DNA of 56,254 nt, filler included, from Sphacelaria rigidula (GCA_964200075.2; 7 parts of 7 records of this genome joined end to end with filler, not necessarily neighbours in it); one strand, 5' to 3'. Positions 35,414 to 46,839 are shown, counted from the whole stretch's first letter. The notes: generated from the letters alone by a model not told the origin. Made by a program: numbers and translations.

Positions 35414-38339
35414 TTTTTCTACCCCCTTTTTTTTTTGTTGCTTCCGCCAAAAAAATGCCTCCCCCCCCCCCCCCCCCCCCCCCTCCCCCCTCTATCATGG
35501 GATCACTTGCTCGAAGATTCAGATGCGAAAATACGATAATTGTGTTCCACTCCGATGTTATTTGATGACTGCTGACTTTTTGGGGGGGATCTTGATCTGA
35601 CCAGGGACAGCACGGTCGAGGCTTTGCGGCCTGCCGATGGGGACGTTGGCCCAGGTCCTCCCCCCGAGACGCCCGAGAAAGGTAGGAGCATAGAGGGACG
35701 TTCCTTGTTTGGTTTCCGTCCACTTTTAATTTTTCAGAGCGTGCTGTGTATCCACGTCCACATGTGGCTCGCAGTTGATTGGTCTTTTCCCGTGTTTTCC
35801 TTTTCAAAAGGGTGTTTACGGTTTTGTTCGTTCGCAAGCTTGTTGTTCGTGCGTTTCATCACCCCCGCATATGCAGGCACATTCAAATACCCTGACGACC
35901 TCAACAGTTTTATCGAAGTGTGGTGGCCACCCTCTCTTGATACACGGCACGCCTACTTGAAAAAATCCACAAGATAGGCTCGTCAGCCTTGCACCGCCAT
36001 ATCCCACCCCTGTGTGTGTGTGTGTGTGTGTGTTGCCATCATTATTACTACTCCCAATTTTGGTCGGTCCAATCTATGTCCTTGGCAATACCCCTCAGCA
36101 AGACCTCCCCAACTCCCAGTAGAGTCCACGCGAGTTTCTTTTCAAAATACTCCATGGTTGTTTCACTAGGATCTAGTGTAGACGCTCAGGCTCGAGTCTT
36201 GGAGGGGCGCATAGTCCCGTGCGTGTGCCAGCGTGCGTAGCACGCGTTTCAGCTGAATTCGGCGCCTTGTGCGCCGCTTTGAGCTCTGCCAACGCACAAA
36301 TCGTCTGAGGCATTTTATGCACCCTTCCTTACTTGAGGGTTGGTCGGTCTGCGTGGTGTTGGGGTTTGAGTTAAGGCTGAGGTTGAGCAGTTCCTAAGTA
36401 CGTCAATCATGGACTACTTTTCCGTAGAGCTCCCGCGGAGCTGCCTTCCAACTCCACTCTGAGAGACGTATCACAAGGGCCAGCGAGGCTCCACAGAGTA
36501 AGCAGCCATTGCCCGTGCCTTCGCAGTCGCGGGTAAGGTAGGTTGAAACGTTCTCTCCATCCGCGATTTCCTTCTCTTGATGTGCATGATTTCGCCGTTT
36601 TCTGTTGTTTTTTTGTGTTTATTTCACCAATTACAAGTGCACTTGGTGATAATCAGTGACTGATGCTCGCAAAACGCGGATTCCGCTGCTGGCGTTTGCT
36701 GATGTTGCGTTACAGTCAAGGTGCACTTCAAACCGATCGCGAACGCTCCCATCTTGCGCAAGACGAAGTTTTTCGTTCTATCCTCGTGGACCTGTGCCGA
36801 GGTATGTGCCTTTCACACCCTGAACAGTAAATGGTCAATATATGCGATAGACAGAAATGCACTGAGCAAAGTATAGACCTATAGCAGGCTTTTGTCAGTC
36901 GACCACAGTTGCAACAGGCCTTTACTTTGCCCCGTACAGTACATCTTTTGTCCATTGCATCTGTTGACCATATAATGTCATTGTCCAGGGTGTGGTGTAT
37001 TTGCGACTCTCGCTCTGATCGCTCACGCTGCTTCACCGTAGAGGACGTGCGCTCTTCGGTTGTTGAAGCTGAGGTCAGCCGATACGCTGTTCTAACGGCC
37101 CTACCTTGTGTAAACTCGGAGAGAGGGTGAGGGTGGTACACGCCATCGCGTTCGTACATGGACCCCTGTCATCAATACACTGAGCACTACATCAAGCAAG
37201 AGTCAAGGCGACCGCCACCCTTCCCCAAGTTGAAGACCACGGCTGGAGCATATCTCAAGGGCCCGGAGAGCGGAAAGCATGGGCACGGGGTGTACATGTT
37301 TGAGATGCATAAAACGCTACGAGGTGCAACTGCGGGCATAAACAGTGCATGTACAATAATGTGAAACAATATTCGTGCACGATATGCAGTAGTGCCCAGG
37401 GTCCCAAGATTAATCGATGGTTTGAGCGACAGGCGGGGAAAAAACATGGTTGCAATGAGAAAACATACGCCAATGCCCTCGGTTACTCGTTGCGGCGAAA
37501 GAGTTCAGAAAAGCTGTTTTCCTTACGCCCACGTCAAATGCCATGCCACCCCAGGCAACCCACAGCAGGACGGTATGAGCGTAGCGACTGTCTCCCCTTG
37601 TCATCATGCTCGATCTCCCTCCCTGCTTTGGTCCTGCCTCGCTGCGCGCAGTTGCGGACGTCCCTCCGAAACCAGCTGCAGCTGTCGGACTCCACTCCAC
37701 TGGTGAGGCGCGTATGTACCACCTACCGTCAACCGTCAATTTATGAGCTCTCTGCGATATCTCAATATGTTCATGTGTTGATGCCACAGGGTAACAATCA
37801 CTCGGGAGGTCATTCCCCACCCTCTAGTTTACTCTCTTGAAAATATCCACGCAGTAGGAATGTATCTGTCAGCCAGGCGAGAAAACTTGAAGCCCAACTT
37901 GTTATGGAGCTTAAAGCTCACATCATGACGTTCCATGTCCTCTATCGTAATAACAAGATGAAATCAATCCAGTGCCCAAGAGCAAACTGGGTCGGGGGGG
38001 GCTGAGCACTCTCGGCTAGGACTTGACATGAATCACAACGAGGTGTTATTACATCAGGAGAGCAAGTAGTTTGGATAAGATGATGACCATGACGAGTAGA
38101 ACCGGCTGATCGTGAAACTTAGTTGGACACTGAGAACAGATCTGCCATGTGCTGATGTACCTCCGCGTGCGTTACCATGAGATTTGTGTTTGATGCCGTT
38201 ACAGGAGACGGTGTTGCTCCCAATAACAAATGCGCGTGCTGTACCCTGTCCTCCTTCCCTTTCTCCTTTCGGGCAGTTTGTGTACTGCAACAGCGCGTTC
38301 GAACCCTCCCTAGATCAGAGCCTGGCCGACCTTTACAAG
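34806..38339 (+). CDS. ATG12: Ubiquitin-like autophagy protein ATG12 (last exon missing from contig)
   Basis: Exons 34806-34807, 35605-35681, 36716-36801, 37652-37702, 38277-38339 splice in frame (279 nt) to MDSTVEALRPADGDVGPGPPPETPEKVKVHFKPIANAPILRKTKFFVLSSWTCAELRTSLRNQLQLSDSTPLFVYCNSAFEPSLDQSLADLYK, matching the ATG12 signatures (NAPIL.K.KF; LF.Y.NS.F.PS.D....LY). Confidence 0.9.
35605..35681 (+). CDS. ATG12: ATG12 exon 2
   Basis: ccag|G GAC AGC ... AAA G|gtagga. Confidence 0.7.
36716..36801 (+). CDS. ATG12: ATG12 exon 3
   Basis: tacag|TC AAG GTG CAC ... GAG|gtatgt; KVHFKPIANAPILRKTKF. Confidence 0.92.
37652..37702 (+). CDS. ATG12: ATG12 exon 4
   Basis: gcag|TTG ... CTG|gtgagg; LRTSLRNQLQLSDSTPL. 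Confidence 0.88.
38277..38339 (+). CDS. ATG12: ATG12 exon 5
   Basis: Polypyrimidine tract, gcag|TTT ... AAG|gtgagc; FVYCNSAFEPSLDQSLADLYK. Confidence 0.92.
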
Positions 38340-39735
38340 GTGAGCTAGCGCAGTATGGATAATTGTTCGTGAGAAGCCTTCCAAGACCTGCTCAAGGGTA
38401 CAACCGCAAACGCTTGCTCGAGCGTACCACCATATGGAAAACGATTTCTTCACGTGCACGCGAGTACCTGGACTATCAGGCGGCGAAAGTATTTCAGACA
38501 CAGTTTTGATGCTTGCAGGGTCCCTGTAAGGTTTATTTTTCCTCAACCCTAGTTGAATATTAGAGAGTTTCGGAACATATTTCCCTCATCATAGAGTCAG
38601 AGTGCAGAGTGGAAGCGCTGAAACTTCAGAGTGGACGCTAAAAAGTTCATAAAGGAAGCTGATGTGACGTGGCTTGATGTGGGGTTCCTTTCTTCGCAGT
38701 GATTGGCCACAGGTTGTGCCGCAAAATGGGCGATCGACTAGCGTGGGGTCCGAAAGTGATCAGGTCGACACAGCATTGACTGTACCATACCCTGCAGCAC
38801 CATACGTACCGTACACCACGCTCCATTGCACCTGTAGTACTTCAATCCACCACGGCGCACCACAGGGTACTGTAGTGCTGTGCAGTGCAGAGTACAGCTA
38901 GTGCAGTACATAGAATGCAATGTAGAACCCTACAACAGTACATCGCGGTACGGTGAACTACGGCGATACCTTACAGTCAGGTGTACAACAGTACGAAGCA
39001 CTTTCAAACAACAGACAAGGCCGCATCGTGATGATTTCCCAATATGCCACCCGTAACGGTGGTGCAAGAAGTCATGACCTCTAGCGCAATAGTAATGTAG
39101 CCAGGGGTAGTACTGCTTGTGCTTTGTAGACTTCGAATCGTCCACACCGTCTTCTTACAGCTAAAGCTGGCGAAAATGAGGAACTGCACCCAAGGCAACG
39201 GCGTGTATCCGCCGAGCATTTAAATTTTCACTCGTCGCAACTAAGCGAATGCTGATACTGTGGCAGCGTCGGGGGAGGTCTTCTGATTACGATGCAAAGC
39301 GTTTCAAGTTCGTGAATGGTCCTTTGTGTTGAGCATTACAGTTGTGATGGATGTCCCATTTTGCTTGTTGGGGTATATTGATTTTGAACTGGCTGTTTTC
39401 ATGGTGGTGAAGGGGGACGTTCTTCTTCGTTCCGCCATGAACTATGAAGAGGCACGACGGTTTTCAGAGTGGAGAGGTGCAAATGGCACTTTCACTCTGA
39501 AAGAATCGCTCTAAAAAATACTTTATGGCGGAAAGTGCACCGTTACCGACTATCTTTCCTTCCACTCTGACTCTAAGATCGGAAAAAAACGTGTTTCGAA
39601 ACTCTCCACTGTCCCGAGCAGTTGATCCCGGCTGGTGAGCCCACATATACTGAAAGGTGTAGACCGGCGTCCAGAATAGGTAGCACAACAAGAACACACA
39701 CACACAGTTGTCGAGAATCGTTGGTGAGCACGTTT

Positions 39736-40089
39736 CAAGGGTAGGTCGAGTAGAGTATGTACTTTTGAGTACTCGAGTATTTACTATACTCGACGCTTGA
39801 GTAGGTCGAGTACGGCCTCAAATACTCTACTCAAATTTTGAGTACGTCGAGTACGACCTCAAATACTCTACTCAAATATTGAGTAAGCACTCTCAGCAAA
39901 ATAGAGTATCACTTGAGTATGACCTCAATACTCTACTCAAAATTTGACTACGTTGAGTACGGCCTCATATACTCAACTCAATTTTCGAGTAGATCGAGTA
40001 CGACCTCAAATACTCTACTCAAATATTGAAGAAGCACTCTCAGTAATACTTGAGTATAGAGTACCCTGTGGGGATGGTGAGTACCCCTG
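39736..40089. repeat. Minisatellite-like/MITE element with ~41-bp subrepeats
   Basis: gagtacg(g/a)cctcaaatactctactcaaa repeated about 5 times; ends caagggta / tacccctg resemble short TIRs; no TSD seen. Confidence 0.8.
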
Positions 40090-40154
40090 ACCGTCGGTGA
40101 CTTCGTGACGTCACTTTACAGACTATGTTGAATGCATGGGCGAACGATGGTCAT

Positions 40155-40254
40155 NNNNNNNNNNNNNNNNNNNNNNNNNNNNNNNNNNNNNNNNNNNNTT
40201 AATTAATTAANNNNNNNNNNNNNNNNNNNNNNNNNNNNNNNNNNNNNNNNNNNN
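40155..40254. other. Artificial contig spacer
   Basis: Same 100-bp spacer. Confidence 0.97.
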
Positions 40255-40319
40255 CGGGCAATCAGGCAGAAGAAATCGTGAATTTGGTGATTTTGAGTCG
40301 TGATGATTTGTCTTAACCG

Positions 40320-40486
40320 TGTGATGTTTATCCTTACCCGGGGTACGGGTATACCCTTGTAAAAATATCTGGATGCGGGTACGGTTCTCTGTTCGACAGT
40401 CATACCGATACGCGACAGTTCTGTAAGTCCTATAAGGAATCTCATTCCCTACTGAGCGTACCCGTACCCCACAGAACACAACCTTG
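40320..40486. mobile_element. Partial copy of the 16818-17408 hAT-like element
   Basis: gacagttctgtaag...cgtacccgtaccccacagaacacaaccttg terminus, 50 bp beyond the TMEM245-like stop codon. Confidence 0.75.
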
Positions 40487-40535
40487 CAGAATGCTGCTGC
40501 CCTACACACGTTTGCGTGGTGGCACCATCGCGCGT

Positions 40536-40681
40536 TCACGAGACGTAATATCTTCGAGATTTTCTCCTTTCATCAGGCGTCCTTGCGTCCTTCTGCTCCT
40601 TTCCGGTCACAACGTCCAAAATCTCCCCGTTGTCGATGAACTCTACCCTTTGTATCCTAGACCCGTCCTGATCGTAGACAC
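40536..40681 (-). CDS. TMEM245-like terminal exon
   Basis: acag|GT GTC TAC ... TGA; GVYDQDGSRIQRVEFIDNGEILDVV. Confidence 0.72.
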
Positions 40682-43600
40682 CTGTGCATCCAGGAGCAAA
40701 AATATCACCACTACATTCAACTTGAACCGAGGTAAGCCGATTTCCAAGTAAAGCCGCATAGACAATGCTCGCAGGTGACCTTGCAATTCTGATTCTGATG
40801 TTACAGACGAATCTGTTCATGTGTAAATAAAATACATATCGTGCTGTCGTGCTTGGCAAATTGCACAAAGCACGCGACGTACATAAAGCACTGAAATGGG
40901 GTCTCGGTACCGGTCATGTTCCATCAACATGTCCTGCCGATGGACGAAAAAAAAAAGTCTACTTTAGTTCACTTTACGGTGGGCGCGGACTACAACAGAC
41001 ATGTAACACAGAGCATTTTTATTGTGCTAGTGAATGTATGACATTATCAGTCTTGATGCCTTGAGGCGCGCGTGCATCAAAACATGAGACGGTATCTTCA
41101 GATGCTTTGCTGTCTTACCGGATATGCCATCGACGCCGGTAACATCCTGGACTTCAAGTAAAAATTCATCCCACGTAAAGCTTTGCGCGATATCAAATCG
41201 CCACGTAGAGCACATTCGTGGTGTGCTACACAGGCGGGAGTTCTGCTCGTCGGAACCTGCTGGTTCCTTATTCGCGGGAGCGGAACATGATTCCTGCAGA
41301 GAGATATGATAAAATATGACAAAACAACGGAACGACGAGGAAAGCTTCATAGGTTGGAACGCCTCGCCTCTGAGCATGAAGACAGTGCAGACATTCGTCA
41401 AGTACAGCATGTGCACTATAGTATGAGCACTTCCACCGCTTCCACAGTGGGGAACGTGTCACTGTCGGATTACAAAAAATCACATGTTCTCGTCGTGGCT
41501 ATGCTGCAATTTAGGGTGGTCACCCTAATGAAACACCTAAAGACTTGAAATATTGAATATTGCGCCTGTTCCAGTCGTTTCCTCGCCTTCAATCGCAATG
41601 TGACCCTGATTCTTCTTTCAAACGTTGAAAGACCTTGCAATTTTCGGCTTTGGGCGCCATCTTTTGCAGGACTGCATCCGCACGCGGTGTTATCTCCTTC
41701 GCCAATAGCACAGTCATCCCCAGCTCCACTTTTAGAGCTAGTAGACGCAACCTTGCTTTCGCTCCAGCTATTGCTCGCGCCCTGTGGCAAGTTATTCCGG
41801 GTGCGCAATGAAGCAAGAATGCAAAAAAAACTCGATAGTGCAACGGCTAAGGTTGGTGATATTTGTCTTCTTTATTCTCACTTCGAACCCCCCTCCCTCT
41901 TCGGGAAAAGTCGGTGGTCTCAATAGACCAACACATGCCCCCCCCGGTACACGCCTTGTATTTTGATATCGAGGATTGGGTCAGCACTCTCGTCTAGCAA
42001 ACTCAGCGAGAAAGACGATTTTTTTCCTGACACGACGGAAATCGCGCACTTCTCAGAAAAAAGCCACACTCGACGCATCCATCTATCCGGCGGGAACCGA
42101 ACCCCGCGTTCCCCGTCCTACTGCTGTGGCTTGTACTGTACCATTACACCACCGGGGTGAGGCGGCTGTTGATATATACAACACACAGAACCCGTTTCAA
42201 AGTAGCATGGCGTTTTCTCGCATGACATGACATCGATTTCTCCAATAACCTCAAACAACGACATGCCCGGCAAAAAACCACAGCGCCAGAGAACAAACAT
42301 CGTTATGTGAAATACCAAACTTCCAAGCGAGAAAGTCACATGTCCGCATTTACCCGTGCCCTCAAGCTCTCCAGGAAGCCAAGACCGCGAAAGACTAAGG
42401 TGGCCGAGCAGATAATTAACGGCCCAACCAGTGCCCCTTGCGCGCCGAACACGGCGAACCCGAGGAAACTACTGAGACCTGTCAGGTACGGGTTCGCTTC
42501 TTGAATTCCCTGCCGTTGACGATACGGTAATTTGAACATGAGAAGTACGGATCGATACGGGAGGGGAAGAAAAAAACAAAGAGGTGCGAGCGAGCAGATT
42601 CATTTATTGAGCAACCTCACCGTTACAATTCGAGAAACAAAATTAACGAATTCTCGGGACAATTTGTAGCACAGAGCTCTGATAGTACATAAAAAAAGAG
42701 TCCTGGCTGTCACAGCGCTTCCGTACAGCTGGACGGCTACGGATGTGGCGAGACGGTCGGAGTTCATATCTATATATATATATAACCATCAGCGAGCGAG
42801 CAATCTTCGACAAGGGAAAGAGTCCCGACATTGCTAAGTTTTGCCACTTCACCACGCCTGTAAGTAACCCAGCCAGCGCTCAAAGTCGCGAACGATCAGA
42901 AATCCTCCAGACTGTACCACGGTTTCGGTGCACCATATGATCAAGCACAAAAAGCGCCAGACTTGCCTGGGTGCAAAGCTCGGTGTCCACGGCGCCAAAT
43001 ATAATATTTTGGCTGACCGCCAAAATAATCCCAACCCAGCGTCCCTGGAGTATCAGAGCTACTGCCCATGGCCAGCACACCACATATGCGGGTACAACGG
43101 GCAAAATGGAGACCACTACTGCCACGAATGCAGCGAAAAACGGGAACTCGATGTTGAGAAGAGTGAAGGACAACAGCGTCACCATCCCATGGAGGCAGGC
43201 AACTTTGCAAGGCAAGAAAAAGACACCCTGGATTGCGCCGCGCAGCATGTCCACGGCCGCCTGCACGATGTCAACAGTGTGGTAACGTCGGAGGAGGAAA
43301 ATGAGAACGAGAACAAGCAACACACAGACACATACAGTGTAATGGGCTGTGAGCCAACAACCATCCACACCATGCATATGCTTTACTCGAAGTGATCGGG
43401 TGCAGCAATGACGTTTTGAGAATGTCAAGACAGGATCCCGCTACAGTCTGTCCAAACGCCTGCGGTATAACCCATCACAAGGGTAAAGCTCTTCGATGCA
43501 CTGGACGCGCACTGCACACAACGCGCCAGATTGTGTGGGTAGAGAGCCGAAAACAAAATTCCACTTCCACCGAACGAACCGCGGGACCCCATCAGCCAAC

Positions 43601-46600
43601 TGTCAAGAGTTACCGGATATTTCGCATACCTGCCTATCTTTCTGGGGTACGGGCAGGAGATCTCCAAAAGTTCGCTCCAGGAATGTGTCGTTTATGGTGA
43701 GGTACAGCAAACACGTGAAGAACAGGACCACCTTTGTTGGACAAATTGTGCATGGCGGGAAGATTATGAGACGGTGCAAGGTGCAACATAAGGGTAGCAG
43801 GTAATATAGTCGGGCTCGCGATAGACAAAAAAAGCACGTTGCCGATTGAGATTTTACACGAAATGATAGTAAGGGAGAGCACTCTTCTCGATGACAGTGC
43901 GATGAAAGCTGGAATCAACCACAGCGTACGCCTTCACCGTACAAAGCGAGACTAAACTACTTAAAAGCTCTGCTTCCTTTCTCTCCGTGAATAATAAAAA
44001 AAAACTGAACGCATGAAAATAACCAGAAACAGACCATGACCTCCCCAACGAATGTTTACATAATAGTTTTTGGCTCACCTTAAAGCCGACCGTGACGAGG
44101 AAACTTCCGAACGCCGCCACATACATGGCTCCAGTCGCAATAGCCTGAAGTGCCCAAGGACGTGTGAAGCGGAAGGGGGTACACGGAATTCGATGAAGGA
44201 TTGACAGCGTATCAGACGATAGTAGACCAACCCATAAGAAAAATGTAGGCATCGAACGTATTTTGCGAAAAGGATATGCGGCGCTTGTATCCTGTGCGGC
44301 AGCTCACGTGTCCTTCGTCTGATATGGCACTTCGGAGCTGCACGTGGTGATCAGCTCAGATTCAGAGAAAGTATGACATGTTGAGGACGTTCACAACGAG
44401 CAGCACAACCCGTTTTTTTTCCCCTTCCTTGACGGAAGGAGGAAACCCAACCCGACACTCAACTCACAAGCGGGTTCGTGTATCGATCACCCGAAGGCTC
44501 GGTTAGACCGCCTGGCGACAGTAATACGGGGAAGGCGCCTCGAGCGTTCGCAGCCTTTGCTTAAGGCAGTGGGGGGGTGCAACTTGGCGCAGTATACGTG
44601 CCGCCATGCTCGTATAAGCTTCGGCCCCAGGCAGCACGCCTCGTGTGACTCATGTGCTTTCTATTGCCCTGTGTGACTCACCTCTCCACTGGGCGCGCCG
44701 TAGTTGATGACGTGATCCATGGAGATATCGAGATTGGACACGCGTTCTCGTAAAGCCCCTAGAAGGCCTGACAATCCCTCCCCGCTCATGAGGCCTCCTA
44801 CAGCTGTAGCAGCAGCAGTTGGGTCGTCCACTAAGGAGTCCACATCTATCGCCACATCAACATGCTACAGACGTTCGAAAGAGAGACACGCAAGGATACT
44901 CCTTCGTTGCCTGCCTTAGCCATTTGATCATTGACCACGCATCTCTTTCGAGACGGAGCACTATCCGGGGAGTTGAAATAGCAATTTGTACCACGTTGAG
45001 GTGCTAGTTTACAAGTCGACTTGCATTGACTCCAAACTACCGGGTGTGATGCCCGCCTGCGTGTGACGCAACGCTCCGTCGTGATCTCAGAATGGCGATA
45101 ACAACAGGACACGGAGTCGTATCAGATCATACTGCAACCAGCGCATGAGTGTCAATACAGGAACATGAGAGCACTCGAGCAATATGGACAGCAAATTGTC
45201 CTGACCTCCATGTACTGCATAACAGCATTGTACGCCGCTGGAAACCAAACGGTTCCGTTGTATCTTGATCCAAGTCCGCGCGCTGTTTCTTGGGCAAAGT
45301 CTGTGAGGCGAGCCATGATCTGGTTCCACTCTGCCTTGTTGTTCTCATCGTCCAACATAGAATTCACCTAGTGTACAAAGTACGGGATTTGGAAACGAAA
45401 ACAAAAGTAGGTCGGGTGAGACTGGACACACGGTGCACCAACCGTAGGCGAACAGCGATCTCCAACACTTGTCGACTTGCATTGATATCGAACGAACGGA
45501 AGTACGGTAGCAACGGCTCTGATATTTTGACGAAGTGCTGCACACACTTGTGGCTCATATTGTGATTGATTCAAGGATCAGGGTAATGAGAGGTACGACA
45601 GCTGCCATCCTGACATCTGGAGGTCGGACCAAAATGCTGTTCCCACGCAATATATGGCATTAGCAAGCATCACCATGCGCAACGGAAACACTGTACAACA
45701 TACTACATTTATAGGTGTTCCTCGGTGTCTCGATACGCTTGCAGAAAAAGATGTGTTCCTCTCACCCAAGCAGAGACGTCTTGTCCGGCAGTTATCCCCT
45801 CATGGATGCTCTCCAGACCCAGGAAGAGTGCGATGAAGGAAACCGAGGCAAAAAAGGTACAGATAACAACCACAGAGGCAACACCATCGTCCGATACCAC
45901 CGCTCGATAAGCGAAAATTCGGCGATCAAGAACGAACCTGTCCGGGTCAGGTTTGGTGCGGGGGGCCAATGAAGGAATTCTAATGGTGAAAACAAAAGTC
46001 ATACGTACCGTATGCGACAATATGTACTCTATGCGACAGTATGGGGGCATCCTACGCAGGACAAGACCTTCATTCGGTAAAGGTAGGAAGAAGGTAACAG
46101 CCCTCCCGCCTCTGTGAATGCCTACAGTCGGCCAAACAACAAAGCGTATCGTGCAGTGGATGTACGTATTGAACGCAACCGCACCCCTATTTACCTTCAG
46201 CAACACGACCTTCTGCGACGTAAGACATCTACGCATTACATCATGATACGAAACAGCAAATCACTGCTAGGTGTACCATTGTGCATGCTATATAAAAAAG
46301 GGTGGCGGGTGTTCAGATTTCAAGATTTCTCGACCTAATTCACCTCTGGAGCTAGGTCAGCCCCCTACTCCCAGCGTCTCGGTACCCGCTCAGAAAGCAG
46401 AGATACATTCACAACACAAGAAGGTGTACCGCATAAAGACGACTTTGAAGACAACATGATGTGCACAAGTGAACACACCGACTCGGCTCCCACGGCAATT
46501 TCTCGCCATGAGCACCTTCAACTTGCCGCACGACAGCAGTCGTGGGGAGACGGAAAACTCACGATAAACTGTCCTCGTGCAGCCAGACCTGCCTACTTGA

Positions 46601-46839
46601 CCACTCACAGTGTCCCTATTAAGGGGATTGCCGTCAGGATCGCAACGCCCAGCAGCCACGCAGACAGCAGGCGTGAAGTAAGAGATATGAGTCCAACCAA
46701 CGCGAACAATTCAATGCACCAGTCCAGGATGGATCCAAATAGGATGGCGTGGATAGCTTTCCCCTCCGCGTGCATCCGCTGATACGGCTCAGTGACCATG
46801 CCCACTAACGCCGACAGGAGGGGTCGCGTGTCGTCTTCC
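40536..46839 (-). CDS. TMEM245-like / AI-2E (UPF0118) family multi-pass membrane protein with C-terminal KHA/DCX-like domain (5' end unresolved)
   Basis: Phase-compatible exons 46839-46609, 45937-45766, 45367-45206, 44864-44682, 44144-44079, 43731-43630, 43260-42967, 42509-42354, 41781-41587, 41293-41119, 40681-40536 (about 626 aa); ANPYLTGLSSFLGFAVFGAQGALVGPLIIC resembles the TMEM245 C-terminal HPYLTGL...G..G.I.GP motif. Confidence 0.85.
41119..41293 (-). CDS. TMEM245-like C-terminal extension exon
   Basis: gcag|GAA ... TCC G|gtaaga; WRFDIAQSFTWDEFLLEVQDVTGVDGIS. Confidence 0.72.
41587..41781 (-). CDS. TMEM245-like C-terminal extension exon
   Basis: acag|GGC ... AAG|gcgagg (donor uncertain); ends RIRVTLRLK. 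Confidence 0.55.
42056..42160 (-). mobile_element. tRNA-derived SINE-like head in an intron
   Basis: Minus strand A-box-like TGGTGTAATGGT (42152-42140), B-box-like GGTTCGGTTCCCG (42103-42091), then a T-run. Confidence 0.5.
42354..42509 (-). CDS. TMEM245-like exon
   Basis: gcag|GGA ... CGG|gtaaat; NPYLTGL motif. Confidence 0.9.
42967..43260 (-). CDS. TMEM245-like exon (GC donor)
   Basis: gcag|GCG ... CAG|gcaagt; AIQGVFFLPCKVACLHGMVTLLSF...SILPVVPAYVVCWPW. Confidence 0.88.
43630..43731 (-). CDS. TMEM245-like exon
   Basis: aaag|GTG ... CAG|gtatgc; VVLFFTCLLYLTINDTFLERTFGDLLPVPQKDRQ. Confidence 0.85.
44079..44144 (-). CDS. TMEM245-like exon
   Basis: tcag|GCT ... AAG|gtgagc; AIATGAMYVAAFGSFLVTVGFK. 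Confidence 0.82.
44682..44864 (-). CDS. TMEM245-like exon
   Basis: gtag|CAT ... GAG|gtgagt. Confidence 0.82.
44896..44961 (-). mobile_element. 'GAGTC-TIR' family arm fragment in an intron
   Basis: tactccttcgttgcctgccttagccatttgatcattgaccacgcatctctttcgagacggagcac. Confidence 0.8.
45206..45367 (-). CDS. TMEM245-like exon
   Basis: ctag|GTG ... GAG|gtcagg. Confidence 0.82.
45766..45937 (-). CDS. TMEM245-like exon
   Basis: acag|G TTC ... TGG|gtgaga; DDGVASVVVICTFFASVSFIALFLGLESIHEG. Confidence 0.87.
46609..46839 (-). CDS. TMEM245-like exon
   Basis: acag|G GAA ... CT|gtgagt; hydrophobic helices. Confidence 0.8.

Noticed and set aside
35877-35977. Alternative exon GTFKYPDDLNSFIEVWWPP after ATG12 exon 2
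   Set aside because: Phase-compatible but runs into a stop and breaks ATG12; exon 36716 gives the conserved protein. Cannot be excluded as a poison exon without RNA data
37349-37840. 163-aa Cys-containing ORF as a separate gene
   Set aside because: Lies in ATG12 introns and shares its frame with ATG12 exon 4; no recognisable domain outside that exon
39780-40060. CRISPR-like array
   Set aside because: Units are contiguous and degenerate, with no unique spacers and no cas genes; eukaryotic context
41850-42118. Extra in-frame exon of the TMEM245-like gene
   Set aside because: Overlaps the tRNA-derived SINE-like sequence, is not protein-like, and is not needed for phase
42928-43395. 155-aa plus-strand ORF and overlapping ORFs
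   Set aside because: Antisense to the TMEM245-like exon 42967-43260
24165-46839. WSC gene, ATG12 and TMEM245-like gene as a functional cluster
   Set aside because: They lie on three different contigs joined artificially
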